A stretch of 64,000 nucleotides of DNA from assembly GCA_050744225.1 (NCBI GenBank), contig JBOGGT010000134.1:4401-68400 (forward strand). Direction: 5' to 3'. Numbering within the stretch: the stretch's first letter is position 1; each line of letters begins with the position of its first letter. Shown here in pieces: positions 44,350 to 55,173 of the stretch. The position numbers and the translations under genes are program-made. Below the pieces are notes generated by a model, which saw only the letters and a list, made by a program, of their open reading frames with translations, did no database searches and was not told where the DNA came from. The stretch comes from Acidimicrobiales bacterium. GTDB taxonomy: Bacteria > Actinomycetota > Acidimicrobiia > Acidimicrobiales > JAJPHD01.

Positions 44350-46689
44350 CTAATCAGACGCGGCCTCGAACAACGACAGTGCCGCCAGCCGGTCCATGGG
44401 TCTGTTGTCCTGGCCACAGTTGCGGTCATAGACGCAAGAGGGACATCCGTTCTTGCAGTGGCAGTCCCGCAGGAGCCCGGTGGTCAGACTCACGAGGCGC
44501 TCGAAGCTCTCGAATGCCCGCTCTGCGATCCCGATGCCGCCTGGGTAGGCGTCGTACACGAAGATCGCCGCGCCGCCCACCCCTGCGTGGTGCGTGCTGG
44601 ACATCCCCCCGGCATCGCCCCGATCGCACATCGCCAGCAGAGGCAGCATGTGGACCAGGGCGTGTTCCGCGGCGTGCAGCCCGCCTGCAAAGTCCCGACC
44701 GGGCGCAGCGGAACCCGGCCGAACAGCGGGGTCCGTCGGTTCTGCCGGGTCCGTCGGTGAAGCCAGGTACGTCGGTGCTGCCAGGTACGTGGGTGCTGCC
44801 GCAGACCTGATTTCGGCCGCTGTCTCGGGTGCAAAGGAGAGCCAGAGCGCCACCGTGTCCATCTCCACCGGCGGAAGGTCCAGCGCATGGGTACCCAGCG
44901 TGCGGTCTCGCAACTTGAGCCGGAAGGCATAGAAGCGCTGGCTCGTCCTCACCTCCCCAAGGCACAGCGTTGCCCGTCCGACCGATCGACGCCGACGTTC
45001 GGCGAGCACCTGGATCGAGGTGCTCCCGAGCACCTCGGTGTGGTTATCGCTGCGCTCAACGCCCACCTCGGCCACCCCAGCATCCAGGTCCAAGGCCGCT
45101 ACCCGGTAGCTGCTCCCCCGGTGCAAGATGATGGCTCCGGGGTAGGCCGAGGCCAGCGCCCGCCCGGTAGACATGGTCTCCAACAGGCGTTCTCCGCAGC
45201 GGACCTGCACCGAGCTGTCCTCCACCGCATCCAGGCGGACCTTCCCGGCCGGGCGGAAGGTCCCGTGAAACGCCCAGCCCATAGGGGTCTGCACCAACAG
45301 GCCCTCGTCGGATAGGAGCTGCACCGCCGCGGACATCCCCGACCCAAAGTGGTCCTCGTCTCTGTCGCAGAGCGGCAGCTCGGCGGCTGCACACATGACC
45401 TGGCCGGACAGGATGTAAGGGTTGCGCAGGTCCACCACCGCCTGCTCGTGCGGCTTGGCGAACAGCTCGCCAGGATGGGTCACCAGGTATTGGTCGAGCG
45501 GGTCTTCAAAAGCCGCGAGCACGGCTACCGAGGCGGCCCGGACTCGCCCGGCACGGCCGGCCTGCTGCCACATGGAGCAGATCGTGCCAGGATAGCCAGC
45601 CATGACCACGGCCTCCAGTTGACCGATATCGATCCCCAACTCCAGAGCACTGGTCGCAGCGACGCCGGCCAGGGCGCCCCGCCGCAGATCGTCTTCGATC
45701 TGGCGACGATCCGCCGGCTGGTATCCAGCCCGGTAGGCAACAATGGGCTGAGCCGGGGCCGCCTCGGCTGCCCAGCGTGCCACCAGCTCGGCCATACGCC
45801 GCGAGACGGTGAAACATATCGCCTGATGGCCTTCACGGACGAAATGGGCCAGCAGGTCGGCCGCCTGGAGGTGTGCTGAGCGGTCCGGGTTTGCAACGGG
45901 GTTCCAGCAGACAAGGTCCTTGGGGCCCCTCGGGGACCCGTCGCGGTCGATGACCTGGTGCTCCCGGCCCACCAGGGCGTGCGCGTGCTCTGCCGGGTTG
46001 GCGATGGTTCCCGAAGCCAGGATGAATCGGGGTTCTGCGCCGTAGTGGGCGGCGATCCGACGAAGGCGTCTCAGCACCATGGCCACGTTGGATCCGAGCA
46101 CACCGCGATACCAGTGGGCTTCGTCGACCACCACCAGGGCCAGCCCGGACAGGAAGCGCTCCCACAGGTGGTGGCTCGGTAGGTACTCGTGAAGGCCGAA
46201 CGGGTTGGTTATCACCAGCCTCGCCTTAGCCCGGATGCGCGCCCTGCTGGACTGGGGAGTATCGCCGTCGTAGACCCCCGCCGCCGTACGGATGCCGGTG
46301 GCATCCTCCAGCTCTGAGAGCACGGCCAGCTGATCGTTGGCCAGCGCCTTCATCGGATACAGGTACAGGGCGGTCGCGTTGGGATGGTTGTCCAGCCGCT
46401 CCAGGACCGACAGGTTGAATGCGAGAGTCTTGCCCGACGCGGTAGCGGTGGTGAGAATCACGTTTTGCCCGACGCGCACCGCCTCGATGGTCTCTGCCTG
46501 GTGTGACCAGAGTCGGAGCCCTCGTTCGGACAGGTAAGACTCCAGCGCATCGGGAAGGGGCGTTTGCAAGGAGCCCTCCTTCGCTGGCCGAGCCGGCAAG
46601 TGCTCTACATGGGTGATCTGACCCCGGTATCCCGGCATACCCCGCATACCGTCAACCAGGTTCTCGCTGGTCTTAACGGTTGACGACAT
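44350..46689 (-). CDS. MrfA(YprA)/SftH-type SF2 DEAH helicase with C-terminal DUF1998 (MZB) zinc domain
   Basis: Motif I TATASGKT, motif II VVVDEAHWY, motif III ASGT, motif VI QQAGRAGR. DUF1998 part: GLHAAEHALVHMLPLLAMCDRGD...FVYDAYPGGIG...CHCKNGCPSCVYDRNCGQDN. Confidence 0.9.
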   Translation of the reverse strand: MSSTVKTSENLVDGMRGMPGYRGQITHVEHLPARPAKEGSLQTPLPDALESYLSERGLRLWSHQAETIEAVRVGQNVILTTATASGKTLAFNLSVLERLDNHPNATALYLYPMKALANDQLAVLSELEDATGIRTAAGVYDGDTPQSSRARIRAKARLVITNPFGLHEYLPSHHLWERFLSGLALVVVDEAHWYRGVLGSNVAMVLRRLRRIAAHYGAEPRFILASGTIANPAEHAHALVGREHQVIDRDGSPRGPKDLVCWNPVANPDRSAHLQAADLLAHFVREGHQAICFTVSRRMAELVARWAAEAAPAQPIVAYRAGYQPADRRQIEDDLRRGALAGVAATSALELGIDIGQLEAVVMAGYPGTICSMWQQAGRAGRVRAASVAVLAAFEDPLDQYLVTHPGELFAKPHEQAVVDLRNPYILSGQVMCAAAELPLCDRDEDHFGSGMSAAVQLLSDEGLLVQTPMGWAFHGTFRPAGKVRLDAVEDSSVQVRCGERLLETMSTGRALASAYPGAIILHRGSSYRVAALDLDAGVAEVGVERSDNHTEVLGSTSIQVLAERRRRSVGRATLCLGEVRTSQRFYAFRLKLRDRTLGTHALDLPPVEMDTVALWLSFAPETAAEIRSAAAPTYLAAPTYLASPTDPAEPTDPAVRPGSAAPGRDFAGGLHAAEHALVHMLPLLAMCDRGDAGGMSSTHHAGVGGAAIFVYDAYPGGIGIAERAFESFERLVSLTTGLLRDCHCKNGCPSCVYDRNCGQDNRPMDRLAALSLFEAASD

Positions 46690-47905
46690 GATCCCGGGCT
46701 CGAACAGGGTGCGACGCCGGCACCGGAACGGCCGGGGCTGGGGCGTCCAGGGACGGGACGGCCGGGGCCGGGGCCGGGACGGCTGCGGACAGGAGGCAAA
46801 GCAGTCGGGCGACGGCTACCAGGTCGGCGCGATTGTGTTCGATGATCGGGACGAGCGGACCGATGTTCCGGCTCCGCTCGTACTCTCGATAGAAGTGGGG
46901 AACAGCCTCACCCGGAAGGTCATCGAGGTCCCGCGGGGTCCCCAAGACGTGAGCCTCGACCGTACCCAGCCGGCAGTCCTCCAAGCCCGTACCGGCGGCG
47001 GGAGCCGAATCCGCCGAGATCAGCGACGATGGTCGATACAGGCGCCTGACGGGCGGCAACAGGTCCAGGTGGTAGCGAACGGGTAGCTTGCCCAGTCCAA
47101 AGTACGCGCTGCGTTGCGCAAGCCATGGCGCGTCGGCGCTGCGGCCGTTGTAGGTCACCAAGCCTTCGCACTCCCTCAGGACCCCCATTGCCAAGTGGAG
47201 CGCCGCGGGCTCCTCGCTCCCGGCCCGGGCCAAGTACTGGTGAAGCTCCAGGCAGGTGCCGACCAGACGGGCAAAGCCGAACAGGATCATGGACGACCCC
47301 CATAGTCCGAGGGTCTCCAGGTCCACGATGACCAAGCCACCGGGCGCTATCAGGCCAGCCAGGGCCACGCCAGGGTGGTGGCCGAGAGGCCCCAGGCAAT
47401 GGCGGATGTGGTCGTGGAGCACCCCCAGGTCCCGCCGTTCCCAACGTTCGACCAGCCACGACGCTGAGCCTCCGAAGCGATGATGGTCCACCAGGTCGGT
47501 GATCCGACCCACCCCCCCGGCCCTCAGCGCCTCAGAAGTCACCGGACCGACGCCGCAAACCAGCCGAAGCTCGCCGAGCACCGCATCCTCCGCCGCTGCC
47601 GGCGACGCCAGGCTAAACCCAAAGGGCTGCACGAGCTGCACCAGGTGCAAGCACGGCCCGTAGGGGGTCTGGGCCTCCGATACCTCATATAGGTCATCCA
47701 ACGCGACCCCGGCAAAGCGACGGCAGAGCCTGGCCGCCAGCCGCCACCGGTTGAAGCCCTGGCCTCGGTGGTCCTCGCCTCGGTGGTCCTCGCCTCGGTG
47801 GTCCTGGCCTCCGTGGTCCTGGCCTCGGTGGTCCTCGCCTCGGTGGTCCTGGCCTCGGTGGTCCTCGCCCCATTGGGCGGCTGCAGGTCGCTCAGCCGCG
47901 TTCAT
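46673..47905 (-). CDS. YprB/MrfB-like RNase-H-fold (DEDD-type) exonuclease
   Basis: VIVDLETLGL (DxE), LVTYNGRSADAPWL, IEHNRADL (HxxxD). Its ATG at 47905 overlaps the upstream TGA (ATGA). N-terminal DHRG(E/Q) x7 repeat (15 bp x7, 47761-47865). Confidence 0.75.
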   Translation of the reverse strand: MNAAERPAAAQWGEDHRGQDHRGEDHRGQDHGGQDHRGEDHRGEDHRGQGFNRWRLAARLCRRFAGVALDDLYEVSEAQTPYGPCLHLVQLVQPFGFSLASPAAAEDAVLGELRLVCGVGPVTSEALRAGGVGRITDLVDHHRFGGSASWLVERWERRDLGVLHDHIRHCLGPLGHHPGVALAGLIAPGGLVIVDLETLGLWGSSMILFGFARLVGTCLELHQYLARAGSEEPAALHLAMGVLRECEGLVTYNGRSADAPWLAQRSAYFGLGKLPVRYHLDLLPPVRRLYRPSSLISADSAPAAGTGLEDCRLGTVEAHVLGTPRDLDDLPGEAVPHFYREYERSRNIGPLVPIIEHNRADLVAVARLLCLLSAAVPAPAPAVPSLDAPAPAVPVPASHPVRARDHVVNR

Positions 47906-48831
47906 GCGGCCGCCACCGGGATGCCACCAACGAACCGAGGTTGGGCCGCCATCCAGGCGATCCCCGAGTTGCACTGACTCCGGCAGACGCAGGTCCAACA
48001 ATACTCACCGGGGATCTCCGCAACCTGCGAGCCATCCTCCATGCCCGCCAGCGCGATCGCAACCTCCACAACCAGGTCACTCGCGGCTTCCAGGGTCTGG
48101 ACATCCACGTCCTTAGCCAAGACCGTTCCCGAGGACGCCTCGACCCACACCGTCCGGAGTGGAACAAATCCTCGAAATAGTGCGAATGCGAGCACGTCCA
48201 GGCCCTGGACTCCGTCGTTAGGCCGCCCCAGACTGACCAGTACCGCCTCATCGGGCCTCCGTCCAGCTGGTCGGATGACCGAGTCCAGCCGGCCCTTGAT
48301 CACCACCGGACCCCCATAGCCCAAAGGCCGAGCCCAGACGGGACGCTCCACCAGATGGGCCAACGCGAGCTCTGGCCAAGGAACCGCCACCCACCAGCGC
48401 GCCACCCAGGTGGCAACGGCTGCAACTGTCGCTGCTCGCGTCGGACCGTCTTGGGTGGCCAACCACCTGCCCAGAGAGCGACTCTCGCTGATCGCATCCT
48501 CGATCGCCACCGCAACGGTATCCAGCACCCTGAACGAAGGGGCGGGCAGCTGCCTGAGGGCAGCGAGCCCCAGAGTACGGGTGGCGAACTGAACGGTCCA
48601 CTCAAACGGTTGACGTACTCCGCTGGCCGGACACGCCGCCACGCCGAGGCAGTAGCGGTCCACCACTACCTCGACCCCAGGTCCCAGGCTGGCCACAACC
48701 GGTAAGAGACGCGCCGCCAGCCGGCTCCTCAAGGCCGCCACCGCCCCGTGCGTCAGGACAGGCCCGGTTGGCAGGCAGTCGAGGACCGCGGCGCGGACCT
48801 CCTCCTGGTGGGCAGGTAGCTCAGCGCGCAT
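47902..48831 (-). CDS. Cas4/AddB-like PD-(D/E)xK-fold protein with CX2CX5C cysteine cluster, possibly catalytically degenerate
   Basis: KGRLDSVI (motif II Asp), no clear (D/E)xK, C-terminal CWTCVCRSQC plus upstream Cys residues (DRYCLGVAAC). ATG at 48831 (alternative TTG at 48864) overlaps the upstream gene. Confidence 0.55.
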   Translation of the reverse strand: MRAELPAHQEEVRAAVLDCLPTGPVLTHGAVAALRSRLAARLLPVVASLGPGVEVVVDRYCLGVAACPASGVRQPFEWTVQFATRTLGLAALRQLPAPSFRVLDTVAVAIEDAISESRSLGRWLATQDGPTRAATVAAVATWVARWWVAVPWPELALAHLVERPVWARPLGYGGPVVIKGRLDSVIRPAGRRPDEAVLVSLGRPNDGVQGLDVLAFALFRGFVPLRTVWVEASSGTVLAKDVDVQTLEAASDLVVEVAIALAGMEDGSQVAEIPGEYCWTCVCRSQCNSGIAWMAAQPRFVGGIPVAAA

Positions 48832-49999
48832 CGGGCTCCTTGTCCTCAAGGTCCACCGGGCCAATCAGGTCACCGCGCTCGAAGCTGAAGCGGCGCCCTG
48901 GCACGCAGGATGCAATCGCCGGGCACCACGGGCAGAGAGGGTTGGGGTTCGCATGGGCCACACCGCCGTGGGCCAACCGCGCCAGCGAGGCCAGCCCCTG
49001 AGCAATGCGCGCACTCGCCTGCGCCATAAGCTCCGCTGTGACCACGTCCAGCTCCAGCTCGCCGTCGCGCAGGTAGTAGGTCCCGACCTGGAAAGGGGGC
49101 GCCCGATGCCTGAGCGTCTCCAGAACTGCATACCAGCCCGCGTCGGCGCGATCCTCCTGGCGGCGCCGGCCGCTTTTCACATCGACGAGGGTCGCCCCAG
49201 CCACGCCCGCCCCAGCCAAGCCGGCCCCAGCCAAGCCGGCCCCAGCCACGCCCGCCCCAGCCACGAGTGGTGTGGCTCGACCCAGCACCAGGTCAACCCG
49301 TCCGGTCAGCACCACATGCCCTCCGGAAAGCTCCGCCCGCAAGGGCTCCTGCAACCGGACCAGCGCGCTGGAAGGCAAGACCGGCCATGCCTCAAGCGCA
49401 CCCCGGCAGGACTCCACGATGGACGCCGCTTCCGCCTGCTGTTCTGAGGACAGGCCAGCCCAATCGAAACCCAAGCGCTCCTGGCCAGCCGCGGTGGCGG
49501 CCGCGAGCGCGTAGGTCACGAGGTCCCACCCGGGCGTGCCTACGGTCACAGGTCCAAGCGGACTGGCGGTAGTCACCGACCTGAGCGGGTGGCCGACGGC
49601 GACCAAGCCGAAGAGCAGGTCGGCCAAGCGACCCGCCACCAGTGCGGAAGTCGGCGGGTCCGAAGCGTCCAGGCAGGCAACGAGGTGGCGCTCACACGTC
49701 AGGACCTGGCGCAACCGGGTCTTGGTGACCCGCAGAGGCGACCCTCCATCGGGCCATCGGGGCCATGCCCCCACTGCCTCCTCCAGCTCCGCTCGGATGC
49801 GAGCCGCCGCAAACTCGTCAATCGTCGGCCGGATCTGGCCCACCCCTCTCAGCGATTCAAGCAAGGTCTGTGATTTCGGGGATCCCACAGCTCCAAGTAT
49901 GGCCTGAAGCTGTGACAACCCGGTCCCGACAAGGGGGTGGGGAAGGTAAAGCGCGTATAACACTGCCAACCTTCCCCACCCCCTAGCCTCGCAAGTCAT
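48821..49999 (-). CDS. Cas4/AddB-like PD-(D/E)xK nuclease with Fe-S-type cysteine cluster
   Basis: TGRVDLVLG...TLVDVKSG (D...DxK), C-terminal CPWCPAIASC (CX2CX5C) and an upstream Cys (LTCERHLVAC). The start is uncertain: the ATG at 49999 abuts the divergent MOSC ATG, and TTG 49918 or GTG 49888 are alternatives. Confidence 0.6.
   Translation of the reverse strand: MTCEARGWGRLAVLYALYLPHPLVGTGLSQLQAILGAVGSPKSQTLLESLRGVGQIRPTIDEFAAARIRAELEEAVGAWPRWPDGGSPLRVTKTRLRQVLTCERHLVACLDASDPPTSALVAGRLADLLFGLVAVGHPLRSVTTASPLGPVTVGTPGWDLVTYALAAATAAGQERLGFDWAGLSSEQQAEAASIVESCRGALEAWPVLPSSALVRLQEPLRAELSGGHVVLTGRVDLVLGRATPLVAGAGVAGAGLAGAGLAGAGVAGATLVDVKSGRRRQEDRADAGWYAVLETLRHRAPPFQVGTYYLRDGELELDVVTAELMAQASARIAQGLASLARLAHGGVAHANPNPLCPWCPAIASCVPGRRFSFERGDLIGPVDLEDKEPDAR
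49933..49983. promoter_or_regulatory. perfect 15-bp inverted repeat at the head of the nuclease-helicase operon (operator or 5' hairpin candidate)
   Basis: GGGGGTGGGGAAGGT-21 nt (aaagcgcgTATAACactgcca)-ACCTTCCCCACCCCC, 14 nt from the back-to-back start codons at 49997-50000. Confidence 0.4.
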
Positions 50000-50660
50000 G
50001 GCAGCCCCGAGGGTGGTCTCGGTCAACGTCGGGGGTCCGGCCGAGTTGAACTGGCATGGCAGGGTAGTCCGCTCCAGTATCTGGAAGCACCCGGTGGCCG
50101 GCCCAGTACAAGCGACTGGCATCAACCTGGCCGGCGACAGCCAGGCCGACCGCAAGGTGCACGGCGGCCCGGACAAGGCAATCTATGCGTACGCGACCGA
50201 GGACTACGCCTGGTGGCAGGAACAGCTCGGGAAGGAGCTGGAGCTGGCTAGTTTTGGCGAGAACCTGACCACCGGCGGGATTGACCTCACCGAAGCACTG
50301 ATCGGCGAGCGCTGGAGGGTCGGCACCTGCGTGCTCGAGGTGGCGCAGCACCGAACGCCTTGTTACAAGCTGGGCATCCGCCTCGGCGACGACACCATCC
50401 CCGACCGGTTCCTCCAGGCGGGGCGCCCCGGGGCCTACCTGCGCATCGCCGAGGAAGGCAAGCTCAGCGCGGGCGAGGACATCGAGGTGATCTACCGCCC
50501 GAAGAACAGTCTCAGCGTGGGGGCAGTGGCGACCATCATCGCCTCAGCGCCCGAGCGCGCAGCGGAGCTGCTGGAGATCCCTGCGCTGGCAGCTTCGCGC
50601 CAGGCCTGGGCGCGAAGCACGCTCGCCCGCATGGGACTCACCCTCGAAGGCGCCAGTTGA
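49998..50660 (+). CDS. MOSC domain-containing protein (YiiM-like)
   Basis: VVSVNVGGP...IWKHPV...GDSQADRKVHGGPDKAIYAY...GENLTTGGID...RTPCYKLG. Confidence 0.85.
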   Translation: MAAPRVVSVNVGGPAELNWHGRVVRSSIWKHPVAGPVQATGINLAGDSQADRKVHGGPDKAIYAYATEDYAWWQEQLGKELELASFGENLTTGGIDLTEALIGERWRVGTCVLEVAQHRTPCYKLGIRLGDDTIPDRFLQAGRPGAYLRIAEEGKLSAGEDIEVIYRPKNSLSVGAVATIIASAPERAAELLEIPALAASRQAWARSTLARMGLTLEGAS

Positions 50661-50667
50661 CGGGACC

Positions 50668-50800
50668 GGGCGCCGGGCTCAGGCGGGCGCCGGGCTCAGG
50701 CAGGCGCCGGACTCAGGCCGGGCGCCGGACTCAGGCCGGGCGCCGGACTCAGGCGGGCGCCGGACTCAGGCCGGGCGCCGGACTCAGGCAGGCGCCGAGG
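50668..50800. repeat. 17-18-bp x~7.5 tandem repeat (GGGCGCCGGACTCAGGCC-like)
   Basis: Direct reading. It starts 8 nt after the MOSC stop, and its distal end overlaps the 3' end of a small minus-strand ORF. Confidence 0.9.
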
Positions 50801-50966
50801 CGGGCATAGACCAGCCAGCCACCGCCAGCTCCTCCAGCAGGTCCCTCAGGCCACCGGTCTTGAGGTTGCTCATGACCCGGCCGGGGGGGGTCTCGCCTCG
50901 CTCCCACTCAAGCCAGGCGGCCAACAACTTGGCCGGGTCGCAGGGAGGGTGCTCGGTGGTCGACAT
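50784..50966 (-). CDS. small hypothetical protein (60 aa)
   Basis: ATG at 50966 (MSTTEHPPCDPAKLLAAWLEWERGETPPGRVMSNLKTGGLRDLLEELAVAGW...). Coding-like, with no family recognised. Confidence 0.35.
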   Translation of the reverse strand: MSTTEHPPCDPAKLLAAWLEWERGETPPGRVMSNLKTGGLRDLLEELAVAGWSMPASAPA

Positions 50967-50993
50967 GGGCGCGAGCCTAGGCTGCCTGGCACA

Positions 50994-54346
<3,353 letters not shown>

Positions 54347-54390
54347 CTGGGGGAACGCCTCCTTGTCGCGGACGCCCCGTTGGACGCCCG

Positions 54391-54417
54391 TTAGCACTCT
54401 GACCTTGCGAGTGCTAA
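54391..54417 (-). promoter_or_regulatory. CIRCE operator (HrcA binding site)
   Basis: Perfect TTAGCACTC-N9-GAGTGCTAA, 45 nt upstream of the groES start. Confidence 0.9.
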
Positions 54418-54445
54418 CGATAGTGGCCCGGACCGCTCGCCGCAA
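54417..54445 (-). promoter_or_regulatory. candidate sigma-A promoter for groES-groEL
   Basis: The minus strand reads TTGCGG-17 nt-TATCGT, abutting CIRCE. This is a by-eye match only. Confidence 0.35.
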
Positions 54446-54631
54446 CCGCGGGTCGAAAGTGGGCGCGGCGAATGACGATCATCAGGCCGAAATTCCTTCC
54501 AAAATAATCTTCCTCGGCGCCGCCTCACCGCCGTGCCCGCCCACGTCCGACCTGGCCTGAGCACAACTGGTCGACTTGTGCCATGCTTGTAAACCTGTCC
54601 GATGGGCGGGCAGAGGATCGGAGTCTGATAC

Positions 54632-55141
54632 ATGGCAGCGCAGTGCAGTGCGTGTGATGCAACGATAGAGCCGAGCACCAGATTTTGTCCTGAGTGCGGC
54701 CAACCCAACTCGACCGTCAACTACCCGGCGATTGGATCGGCTGCGGGATCAGGAGCGGGGGGCGGGTCCTGGAGGGCGGGTGGGCCAGAGATGCCCCAGG
54801 CGGGCGCGCCGGTCTCGGGGAGGTTCTGTCCCAGCTGCGGCCGGGGGGTGGTTGCTGCCGCAGCAGTGTGCCCTGGCTGTGGCACCGCTCTGGGCTCTCC
54901 TCGGAACAAGGGGATTGCGATCCTCCTTGCCGTCTTCCTCAGCTTTTGGAGCTGGCTGTACACCTACGAGAAAAACAAGGTCAAGTTCTGGTGGGGGCTG
55001 GCCCTCACCATCTTGGGGGGCATCCTCACGATCGTCCTGGTTGGGTTTTTCGTACTGTTCGGGGTATGGCTATGGGCTGTCGTGGACAACGCCACCAAGC
55101 CGGAGCGATACTTCAGCACCTACCCCAACACGGCCGTGTGA
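54632..55141 (+). CDS. double zinc-ribbon membrane protein
   Basis: CSACDATIEPSTRFCPECG and FCPSCGRGVVAAAAVCPGCG, followed by two TM helices. Confidence 0.65.
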   Translation: MAAQCSACDATIEPSTRFCPECGQPNSTVNYPAIGSAAGSGAGGGSWRAGGPEMPQAGAPVSGRFCPSCGRGVVAAAAVCPGCGTALGSPRNKGIAILLAVFLSFWSWLYTYEKNKVKFWWGLALTILGGILTIVLVGFFVLFGVWLWAVVDNATKPERYFSTYPNTAV

Positions 55142-55173
55142 CCCTATGAAGGGGGGCATTCGCCCGACCGGGC

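Noticed and set aside
44350-49999. Assigning the nuclease-helicase operon to DISARM or Druantia.
   Set aside because: A DUF1998 helicase is shared with those systems. The window contains no DNA methyltransferase, no PLD-type nuclease and no stand-alone DrmB-like gene (DISARM), and no very large DruE-like protein with its partners (Druantia). The helicase-exonuclease pair is closer to MrfA/MrfB.
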